Positions 1 to 8,131 of a DNA stretch of 64,000 bases are shown piece after piece. The stretch is from the NCBI GenBank assembly GCA_002691385.1, contig NZHT01000091.1:4843-68842 (forward strand), written 5' to 3'. Under the pieces are notes generated by a model. It had not been told where the DNA came from. It saw only the letters and a list, made by a program, of their open reading frames with translations, and made no database searches. The translations under genes were made by a program, and so were the position numbers. Source of the stretch: Flammeovirgaceae bacterium. Lineage in GTDB: Bacteria; Bacteroidota; Bacteroidia; Cytophagales; Cyclobacteriaceae. Position 1 is the first letter of the stretch, and every line of letters starts with the position of its first letter.

Positions 1-957
1 ATACCACGCGCGTTGTCTCAGTTTTCGTTCTGAGTTTGTTTTTACCCATGTCATACCTGCATCATCGGATCGGAATACACCACCTTCCTTATTCTCTATC
101 AAGGCCCAAACTCGATCTGAATTAACTGGTGATACGGTTACTCCAGAAATACCCCAAATTCCCTTTGGTAATCCTTCGTGATTTGAAATATTGGTCCAAT
201 TATCACCACCGTCTGTAGTTTTCCATAGTGCAGAACCTGGACCACCACTTTCTAAACTATAGGGTGTTCTTCTGATCCGCCAAGTTGAAGCATATAGTAC
301 CCGAGGATTGTTGGGGTCCATGACTAATTCTACGGCGCCTGCATTTTCGTTGGCAAATAGAACTTTTTCCCAATGATCACCCCCATCTTTTGATCTGTAA
401 ACTCCTCGAGTAGGTGTTTGTTTATAAAGATTTCCCATCACTGCAGCGTAGACAAGATCAGAGTTTTTTGGATGTATTTTGATTCTTACTACATGGTAAG
501 AGTCTTGCAATCCTTTATTTTCCCAAGTTTTGCCTCCATCAACGGATTTCCAAATACCATAGCCAGATGATACATTGCCACGCACGGTGACCTCACCACC
601 ACCGACATAAATTACATTCGGGTCCCAGTTGTTCACAGCGATGGCACCTACCGATCCTCCAAAATAACCATCACTTAGGTTTTGCCAACTATTTCCAGCA
701 TCATTTGTTTTCCAAACACCTCCTCCGGTGGCTCCAAAATAGAATAAATTAGGTTTTCCTGATACTCCTGTAACTGCAGCGGATCTACCTCCTCTAAAGG
801 GTCCTATACTTCTCCATTTTAGACCTTCGAACAAATCATTTGAAAAGCTTAGTGTGAGATTTGATTGATTCGATTTTTTTCTTTTTTGAGCTAAACTTTC
901 TGTAGAAATGAAGATGAAGGCTAACAAAAAAAAGATAATGGATTTAAGCAATTTCAT
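1..957 (-). CDS. BNR/sortilin (VPS10)-like beta-propeller protein. Only the N-terminal part is present; the C-terminus lies beyond the window edge.
   Basis: Manual reverse translation from the ATG at 957-955 gives MKLLKSIIFFLLAFIFISTESLAQKRKK...NDLFEGLKWRSIGPFRGGRSAAVTGV...GGGVWKT.DAGNSW...WKSVDGGKTW. This is a signal peptide followed by repeated BNR-like S/TxDxGxxW motifs. The frame stays open to position 1. Confidence 0.6.
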   Translation of the reverse strand, partial: MKLLKSIIFFLLAFIFISTESLAQKRKKSNQSNLTLSFSNDLFEGLKWRSIGPFRGGRSAAVTGVSGKPNLFYFGATGGGVWKTNDAGNSWQNLSDGYFGGSVGAIAVNNWDPNVIYVGGGEVTVRGNVSSGYGIWKSVDGGKTWENKGLQDSYHVVRIKIHPKNSDLVYAAVMGNLYKQTPTRGVYRSKDGGDHWEKVLFANENAGAVELVMDPNNPRVLYASTWRIRRTPYSLESGGPGSALWKTTDGGDNWTNISNHEGLPKGIWGISGVTVSPVNSDRVWALIENKEGGVFRSDDAGMTWVKTNSERKLRQRAWY

Positions 958-1087
958 AGTTTATATTTTAATGAATGGAATAAGAAGAATCAAATTAATT
1001 TTAGTTAAATAAAAGTGAAATGAGAAGTCAAAAATGGGTAAGGGTTGAGATTAGTTATCAAAGGTCAATATTCCATTTGATGATTAA

Positions 1088-2401
1088 TTAATAAGCATTT
1101 CTGATTTGGATCAATATTTCTTTTGTTTCGTCTCTTATTTTTGAAGGGTGTACTGTATAGTGATTGCTCATAAAACTGAATGCCAATTTCCGACCGGATT
1201 GCGTGATTAAATATCCACTAAGTGCTTGGTTGTGCCGTAGTGTACCTGTTTTGGCATAAATAAAAGAGTTATCGATGTTTTCATCAGAGAATTTATTTGG
1301 AAAGAGTTCCTTGATTTCGTCCCAAGTAATCATATGAAATATGATTTCAAGAGCTTTGACTAAATTTCGAGGTGTATTCATATTATATACAGACAATCCT
1401 GATCCATCTACCCAAATGAGCGGATCCGGTAATGAGGAAAATAGAGAGGATTTTAAATAATTTATATATGCTTTTTGAGTCTCATATCCTTGTACTCTTT
1501 GTGCACTGATCATCAGTTGTTCTGCTAAAAAATTATCACTTTCAAACATCATTTTTTTTAGAATAGGACGTACCAAAGGCCCTTGAATCAGAGTACCTTT
1601 AATCAGTGATTGAGGAGAACCTAAAATTACGTTTGTAGTAAGTGTATCCATGAGTAGTTTTTTGATCAATTCATTATTGATCTTGAAAGGAGTGTAATTA
1701 TTTTTATTTTGAGAGAGAGATTCGATGGGATAATTAAAAATATTATAATCAGGGTCACGATATTTTTTTACAGCTTCAAAGTTTACATAGGGCGTAAAAA
1801 AACTTGGCGAAATAGTAATATTGCCCAAAGAAGCTTGGACATTGACTCTGTTTCCAAAAATAGGCATCCAAGACCTTTCTAGTTGAAAATAATAATTATA
1901 ATCATCCCATGACCAACCGGGTCCGTAATGAGCAATAGGGGTTAGGGGAGGGTGTAATATTAAGGAGTCGGTGAGCAATGAAGTTAAAGAAGTATATCCG
2001 GGCTGTTCTTCAAATTCTGGATGTAGGAATGTGGGATCTCCTAAAGGGATTAAATGAAGTTGATTATTTTGCATTTGATATTTAAAAGAAGGAATATTCG
2101 TTAAATCAAGGTTTAAATAAGCAGCAAGTGTAAGAATTTTCGTATTTGAGGCAGGTGTGAAGTAATGCTCATCATTGATTTGAATCAGATATTTTTTTTG
2201 GTCAAGGTCGTAAACGGACAAACCCGTAAAAGATTTGGGCAGGTTTGCAATTTCATTTGAAATTCTTTTAAAATGGGGTTTTAGGATGCCTTTTTGAATT
2301 AACTGGCAAGATGAAAAAAGGAGGGGTATTAGTATAATTTTCAGAAAAAAAAAGATTGATCTCTTATTAAATTGCCTGGTACCGGAGTGTTTTTTTATCA
2401 T
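1088..2401 (-). CDS. dacB: D-alanyl-D-alanine carboxypeptidase/endopeptidase, PBP4 (peptidase S13) family
   Basis: 437 aa ORF with a lipoprotein-like leader (LLFSSCQ). All three penicillin-binding motifs are in order: SxxK (ASNTK), SxN (ESDN) and KTG (AKTGTL). Confidence 0.8.
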   Translation of the reverse strand: MIKKHSGTRQFNKRSIFFFLKIILIPLLFSSCQLIQKGILKPHFKRISNEIANLPKSFTGLSVYDLDQKKYLIQINDEHYFTPASNTKILTLAAYLNLDLTNIPSFKYQMQNNQLHLIPLGDPTFLHPEFEEQPGYTSLTSLLTDSLILHPPLTPIAHYGPGWSWDDYNYYFQLERSWMPIFGNRVNVQASLGNITISPSFFTPYVNFEAVKKYRDPDYNIFNYPIESLSQNKNNYTPFKINNELIKKLLMDTLTTNVILGSPQSLIKGTLIQGPLVRPILKKMMFESDNFLAEQLMISAQRVQGYETQKAYINYLKSSLFSSLPDPLIWVDGSGLSVYNMNTPRNLVKALEIIFHMITWDEIKELFPNKFSDENIDNSFIYAKTGTLRHNQALSGYLITQSGRKLAFSFMSNHYTVHPSKIRDETKEILIQIRNAY

Positions 2402-2524
2402 ATCAAATACGAATTAACAAATATTTTAGACTTAAATTAAACGGGGTGACAGTTTTTTTTGTTATTTTTTGTAGTTACTTTTCGCCTTTTAAATTACTAT
2501 ATTTCATGTTTTCATTAACCTACT

Positions 2525-3784
2525 ATGAGTATTATTGATTTAATTACATTATTGCTAGTCCTTTCAGCTGCTTTTACTCTTATCAATACTGCATATTTTA
2601 AGTTACCATCTACTATCGGACTGATGCTTATTGCTTTGATTAGTTCTGTTTTGGTGCTTTTGGTGGGTATTTTCTTCCCGGGTATAGCAGAAGGGGCAGA
2701 GCATATCATTGAAGAATTTGAATTTAAAGAAGTTCTTTTGGACATTATGTTGAATTTTTTACTTTTTGCAGGAGCATTGTCAATGGACTTGAATACCATG
2801 ATAGAAGAAAAAGTGCCTATCATTATTTTAGCAGTTTTTGGTACTCTAATTTCCACATTCGTGGTTGGCACTTTAGTTTTTTACATATTCCCGATAATGG
2901 GAATAGAAATGGACTTTATCTATTGTTTACTTTTTGGAGCACTTATTTCACCCACCGATCCAATCGCTGTTTTGGCCCTGCTTAAGAAATTCAATTTATC
3001 TAAAAATTTAGAAATTAAAGTTGCAGGCGAATCCCTCTTTAATGATGGGGTAGGTGTGGTGGTATTTTTAACTATTTTGGGTGTTGCTGAGCGTGGAATG
3101 GATACATTCGATATAGGAGAAGTAGGGATTTTATTTGGTCAAGAAGTTTTTGGAGGCTTGTTGCTCGGTGCCTTATTGGGTTATCTTGGATTTAAAATTT
3201 TGCTTTTTGTTGACAATGATTATGTGGAATTAGAGGTTTTGATTACACTCAGTTTGGTGATGATAGGTGGTCGATTCGCTGAATCCATTCATGTCTCTGC
3301 GCCTTTAGCTATGGTTATTTTGGGTCTTTTTATTGGCAATCAGGGAAGAGATGAGATATTGGCGAATGCAACGGGTAAATACGTGTTTAAATTTTGGCAT
3401 TTGTTAGATGAGACTTTAAATGCCATGTTATTTATTCTTATTGGTTTGGAAATGATAGTGATTGCCAAAGATGTTACCAGTGATATGTTCTTAATTGGAG
3501 TAGTGGGTATTTTGATTGTACTTATGGGGCGGTCCATTGGGGTTTCTTTGCCTGTAGGATTAATGTCCATAAAGAAGAAATTTGAAAAGGGTACGACACC
3601 CTTGCTTATATGGGGAGGGTTGAGAGGCGGTATTTCTGTAGCCTTGGCATTATCATTATCCGATTTTGAATGGATTCCAGGCAATTTTAAGACCATCATT
3701 TTATTTGCAACTTATTGTGTGGTTGTTTTCTCTATACTTGTTCAAGGTCTGACCATACCTCCACTTCTTAGAAAAATTCAATAG
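2525..3784 (+). CDS. Na+/H+ antiporter, CPA1 (NhaP-type) family
   Basis: 419 aa polytopic membrane protein with motifs typical of this family: FGALISPTDPIAV, ESLFNDGVGVVVF and WGGLRGGISVALAL. Confidence 0.85.
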   Translation: MSIIDLITLLLVLSAAFTLINTAYFKLPSTIGLMLIALISSVLVLLVGIFFPGIAEGAEHIIEEFEFKEVLLDIMLNFLLFAGALSMDLNTMIEEKVPIIILAVFGTLISTFVVGTLVFYIFPIMGIEMDFIYCLLFGALISPTDPIAVLALLKKFNLSKNLEIKVAGESLFNDGVGVVVFLTILGVAERGMDTFDIGEVGILFGQEVFGGLLLGALLGYLGFKILLFVDNDYVELEVLITLSLVMIGGRFAESIHVSAPLAMVILGLFIGNQGRDEILANATGKYVFKFWHLLDETLNAMLFILIGLEMIVIAKDVTSDMFLIGVVGILIVLMGRSIGVSLPVGLMSIKKKFEKGTTPLLIWGGLRGGISVALALSLSDFEWIPGNFKTIILFATYCVVVFSILVQGLTIPPLLRKIQ

Positions 3785-4521
3785 TGCCACTAGAAAAAGA
3801 AGAACCTTCGTCAGAATCTTTCAATATTGATCAACTTAAAGCAAGTGTGAGATTGTCTGTGGAATCGGAGGAACCGATTCATGAACTACGCCTCAGTATC
3901 TCGGAAGGATTATATCTACTTGCTTTAGGTGATGCAGAAGGCCAATTGCTTAAAAAATCCGAGAAGGTGATTGATTATGGATTAATAGCTGGCGGTATCC
4001 TGCAGCTCTATTTAATGGGTAGTATCCGGATTGAAAAAGGGGTTGTTAGAATAATTTCTACCAAGCAGACAGGAAATATTTTTTTAGATAAGGTATTAAC
4101 AAATCTCACTGAAGAAAGTGGAATTATTGGAGAAATCTTAAGATTAAAAAATGAACTTAAAAAACTTCATACTGATATAGAAGAGTTATTGATTGCTAAA
4201 GGGATTCTCAAAAAGGAAGAAAATTCTTTATTGTGGATTCCTTTGAGTGAGAGAATAGAGAATATTAATTACGCCTATGAAAAAGAAATAAGAAATACGC
4301 TTAGGGCTATGGTTTTAAGAGGATTTAAAAATGATGTATCATTCTCAATTCTTTTTTCTCTCACTAATGATTGTCATTTATTATCAGAAGTATTTAGATC
4401 TACAAGTGAGCTTTCAGACGCAAAAAATTCTGTAAAAAGCCCAATGAAACTAGCTGGTGTAGATGAAGACCTAGCAAATGTATTAGGTCTGATAAGCCAT
4501 TTTTTCATTGAAAAATTCTAA
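3784..4521 (+). CDS. GPP34/GOLPH3-family protein (bacterial homologue)
   Basis: 245 aa with a GTG start that overlaps the antiporter TAG stop by 1 nt (TAGTG at 3782-3786). The core LSISEGLYLLALGDAEGQLL...IDYGLIAGGILQLYLMGSIRIEKG fits the GPP34 pattern (LLAL.D..G ... DY.LAGA.L.EL.L.G). This is my recollection of the family and was not searched. Confidence 0.55.
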   Translation: MPLEKEEPSSESFNIDQLKASVRLSVESEEPIHELRLSISEGLYLLALGDAEGQLLKKSEKVIDYGLIAGGILQLYLMGSIRIEKGVVRIISTKQTGNIFLDKVLTNLTEESGIIGEILRLKNELKKLHTDIEELLIAKGILKKEENSLLWIPLSERIENINYAYEKEIRNTLRAMVLRGFKNDVSFSILFSLTNDCHLLSEVFRSTSELSDAKNSVKSPMKLAGVDEDLANVLGLISHFFIEKF

Positions 4522-4571
4522 GAGTAATTGCCATAATTACTTTGGTTTTATTCATATTGAAAGGGTATATT

Positions 4572-4997
4572 TTAGCGTAATTTGCTGGTATGATTTTGCT
4601 TAGATAGCTGCTTCAGTTCTTGACTCTTTTTCATCAAGACTTGATCATATAAATTTTCATTGAGATCTATAGCTTTTTTCTCACTAATACCGTTTAATGC
4701 AGCATAAATCTTGGCTTGCATTTGCTGGCTGGCTTTTAAATAGGCTAAAATTGAATCTTGTTTTTGTAACAAGTTATTTGCTCTTATAGACATAAATCCA
4801 AAGCCTTCATGAGGATTATTGTTGTCCTTCTCAAGAATCAAATATTCAACTCCATCTACATCTATTTTATCAAAATGCCATTGTACGTTTTCGTGAATTT
4901 CTCGAGTTGCGAATTTTTCATCTTCTGACAAGGATTCATTTTTACATCCGACAGATATAATAAGTACTAAAAGGGAGATAGACAAAATAATTTTCAT
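4572..4997 (-). CDS. hypothetical lipoprotein
   Basis: 141 aa with a signal peptide and lipobox-like ISVGC. No recognisable domain. Confidence 0.5.
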   Translation of the reverse strand: MKIILSISLLVLIISVGCKNESLSEDEKFATREIHENVQWHFDKIDVDGVEYLILEKDNNNPHEGFGFMSIRANNLLQKQDSILAYLKASQQMQAKIYAALNGISEKKAIDLNENLYDQVLMKKSQELKQLSKQNHTSKLR

Positions 4998-5012
4998 GGG
5001 TTAGGAGGTTAA

Positions 5013-6089
5013 TTATTGGATTAGTCCTTCTTCAACGTTAAAAATTTTACTTACATGTTGATGTGCCTTACCATTGAGGATAATAATCAAGTAATCACCC
5101 AATTCTATTTTTAAATCTAAGGCGGGATTCTTGATCAATTCTCGTTCTCCATCCTTATTGATTTTTGAGATTCCTATTAACACACCGTTATATTTCATCT
5201 TCAAATTAAAAAAAACCTCTTCATAGTTTTTATGGAGATAAGGATTTTCGGCGACAACTTTAAATTGTTTAATGTCAAAGTCATCATCTGATGTAGCAAA
5301 AGACATGATAGATTCCGCATAATCAGCAACATCAGGCTCAAAAATATAGCTAGCCAAAAGTTTAGATGAGATTTCGTGTTGCAATATAATTTGTTCTACT
5401 CCCGCTGCGATGAAGGTTTCCTTTAATTCAGAATTATGAAGAGCTACTGAGAGTTTCAAGTTTGGGAAATGTTTTTTGAGATTGAGCGCCGTGACAAGTT
5501 TATCTGTGTCGCTGGTTTGGTTTATAAAAACCATGCTTGAAAGTTCAATATTGATTTTTTTGTAAAAATCTATATTTTTATAGTCATTAAATAACACAAA
5601 GAGGTCTTTGGTTTGATATTTGTCTTTTATAAAGTCAACCGTAGTTTTACTGTCGGTTACAATGCCAATTTTTTTACCTACACCGAAAAGTTGATCGGCT
5701 ACTAAACTTCCAAAATCATTCCATCCTATCATAACTATATGATTGGAGAAATTTGTTCCTTCATATCCCAATTTCTTATTTTCTTTAATGTTTACAATAA
5801 TACTTGAAACTCCGCCGATGACGGTAGCGTAAAAAATCATACTCAATAATACAAAAACGCCGCCAATAATTCTACCATGCGTAGTTAAGGGGAATAAATC
5901 TCCATAGCCCACTGTGGTCAAGGTGACTACAGAATACCAGTAGGCATTTTTGTAATCACTTAAAGTAGATTGTGGACTGATTTTCTCTACCTCTACTAGC
6001 GCGGTAATAAGTGTTTGGTAAATGATCACTACCCAGAAAATTAATAGTCCGAGTTTTACTTTTTTATTCGAAAAGAAATTATTTAGCAC
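5013..6089 (-). CDS. Potassium channel with cytoplasmic RCK/TrkA domains
   Basis: 358 aa with the K+ selectivity filter TTVGYGD between two TM helices. This is followed by a Rossmann-like TrkA-N segment (IVMIGWNDFGSLVADQL) and a TrkA-C-like tail. Confidence 0.85.
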   Translation of the reverse strand: MLNNFFSNKKVKLGLLIFWVVIIYQTLITALVEVEKISPQSTLSDYKNAYWYSVVTLTTVGYGDLFPLTTHGRIIGGVFVLLSMIFYATVIGGVSSIIVNIKENKKLGYEGTNFSNHIVMIGWNDFGSLVADQLFGVGKKIGIVTDSKTTVDFIKDKYQTKDLFVLFNDYKNIDFYKKINIELSSMVFINQTSDTDKLVTALNLKKHFPNLKLSVALHNSELKETFIAAGVEQIILQHEISSKLLASYIFEPDVADYAESIMSFATSDDDFDIKQFKVVAENPYLHKNYEEVFFNLKMKYNGVLIGISKINKDGERELIKNPALDLKIELGDYLIIILNGKAHQHVSKIFNVEEGLIQ

Positions 6090-6349
6090 TGTCTTCTTTT
6101 ATTTCAAAGTTAGTTATTTGATGCCAAATAGTAAATGGTTTAAGGAGATATTCAAATTGTAATTTAAGTCCTTTTTTAATGATATAATTGATAAATCTTC
6201 AAAATATTATTTCTTATTTAGTCATACAATAATTATTAGCTGTAATAATAACTAAATCAATAATATATTATAATTTAAATTAAATTACATCCGAAATATT
6301 ATGAATATGACAAATTATTAAGGCTCTTAATCATTCAAAAGATAGTATT

Positions 6350-8131
6350 ATGGAAAGGCATACCTATGATTATGGCGTAATTGGCAACTGTGCTTTTACT
6401 GCCCATGTGCATACCGATACAAGTATTGCTTGGATGTGTTGGCCTCGATTTGATAGTAGTTTCGTCTTTGGATCTCTTTTAGATCAAGAGCAAGGAGGTG
6501 AATTTTCTATTAAACCATTAGAGAAGAGATTCGAATCCGAACAAACTTATTTAGAAAATACCAATATTCTTCAGACAGAAATATCCACTCTAGAAGGAAC
6601 TTATAGAGTGACTGATTTTGCGCCCCGATTCTATCAGTCTGATCGTTATTTTAAACCCCTTATGCTGATAAGAAAAATAGAGCGAATAGAAGGTAATCCA
6701 AAAATCATTGTCAAATGTAAGCCTGTGGGAGAATATGGAGATTTAATTCCCAGGAAAAGTCTTGGAAGTAATCATATTCAATTTTTAGGCTTAGAAGCGA
6801 ATGTTCGATTGACCACTAATATTTCGCTCAATTATATCGTACACGATCAAGCTTTTGTATTGAACGAGGATAAGTATATGGTATTGACATATGGTCCACC
6901 CCTAGAAGGCACCATTATTGAGACTTGTGATGTGTTTTTAAATAGGACTAAGATTTATTGGAGAGATTGGATCAAAACCTCTAGTGTGGTTGATTTTTAT
7001 CAACGAGAAGCCATTCGATCAGCATTGATTTTGAAAATTCACCAATATGAAGATACGGGTGCAATTGTAGCGGCGATGACGACCAGTTTGCCCGAATCAC
7101 CAGGCAGTACCCGAAATTGGGATTACCGTTACTGTTGGATGCGAGATACGTTTTACACGCTCAATGCTTTCAGCAATATTGGTCATTTTGAAGAATTAGA
7201 AAAGTATTTTCATTACATTTTAAATACGACCATTGATGAAGAAAGTCGTTACCAACCGCTTTATGGCATATCAGGTAAAAAGATGCTGAATGAAGTTGAA
7301 ATTCCTTTAAAGGGATATTTGGAAAATCGGCCTGTAAGAGTTGGAAATGAGGCCTATACTCATATACAGAATGACGTTTATGGTCAGGTTTTAATATCAC
7401 TATTACCCCTATATGAGGACAAAAGAATTATTTTTACAGAAAGATTTGATTCTTCAGGTTTGATTATCAAAACCCTGAAAATGATTGAAATGACCTTTGA
7501 CGAAAAAGATGCGGGATTATGGGAATTTAGAAACTTAAAGCAGCACCATACTTATACCTATCTATTTCATTGGGCGGGAAGTTGTGCCGCTATAAAAATG
7601 GCCAAGGTACTCAAAAATGAAGAAATGGGTAAATTGGCAGTTAAGTTAAAAAAGAGATCTGAAGTTGAAATTGAAAAAGCATACATACCTTCAAAGAAAG
7701 GATATGCTCAGGCAGTTGGGGTTGATAGAATGGATGCCAGTACCTTACAACTCATCATGATGAACTATCTTCCTGGCGATTCACAAAGAGCCAAGAATCA
7801 TTTGATCGCCATGGAAAAAGAGCTGGCGGCCTCTGGCGGCCTCTTTTATAGATACAAGCATCAAGATGATTTTGGGGCACCTGAGACGACCTTTTTAATT
7901 TGTGCTTTTTGGTATGTTGAGTCTCTGGCTTGTGTTGGAAGATTAGATGAAGCCATCAAATATTTCGAAAATCTTATTTCATTCAGTAATCATGTGGGAC
8001 TTTTAAGTGAGGATGTAAACGAAAAAGATGGGGGTATGTGGGGCAATTTTCCACAAGCATACAGCCATGTGGGTTTATTAAATGCAGCAACAAGAATAGC
8101 AAATAAACTGGATAGACCTAGCTTTTTATAA
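6350..8131 (+). CDS. Glycoside hydrolase family 15 (glucoamylase/trehalase-like)
   Basis: 593 aa. The N-terminus YDYGVIGNCAFTAHV...WMCWPRFDS and the core NWDYRYCWMRD, LWEFR and FPQAYSHVGL are typical of bacterial GH15. It is convergent with the trehalose-phosphate synthase gene. Confidence 0.8.
   Translation: MERHTYDYGVIGNCAFTAHVHTDTSIAWMCWPRFDSSFVFGSLLDQEQGGEFSIKPLEKRFESEQTYLENTNILQTEISTLEGTYRVTDFAPRFYQSDRYFKPLMLIRKIERIEGNPKIIVKCKPVGEYGDLIPRKSLGSNHIQFLGLEANVRLTTNISLNYIVHDQAFVLNEDKYMVLTYGPPLEGTIIETCDVFLNRTKIYWRDWIKTSSVVDFYQREAIRSALILKIHQYEDTGAIVAAMTTSLPESPGSTRNWDYRYCWMRDTFYTLNAFSNIGHFEELEKYFHYILNTTIDEESRYQPLYGISGKKMLNEVEIPLKGYLENRPVRVGNEAYTHIQNDVYGQVLISLLPLYEDKRIIFTERFDSSGLIIKTLKMIEMTFDEKDAGLWEFRNLKQHHTYTYLFHWAGSCAAIKMAKVLKNEEMGKLAVKLKKRSEVEIEKAYIPSKKGYAQAVGVDRMDASTLQLIMMNYLPGDSQRAKNHLIAMEKELAASGGLFYRYKHQDDFGAPETTFLICAFWYVESLACVGRLDEAIKYFENLISFSNHVGLLSEDVNEKDGGMWGNFPQAYSHVGLLNAATRIANKLDRPSFL

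Noticed and set aside
2515-3699. Minus-strand ORFs 2515-2871 and 3340-3699 overlapping the Na+/H+ antiporter gene
   Set aside because: They are antisense to a well-supported membrane-transporter ORF. The translations have no recognisable motifs and have skewed composition.
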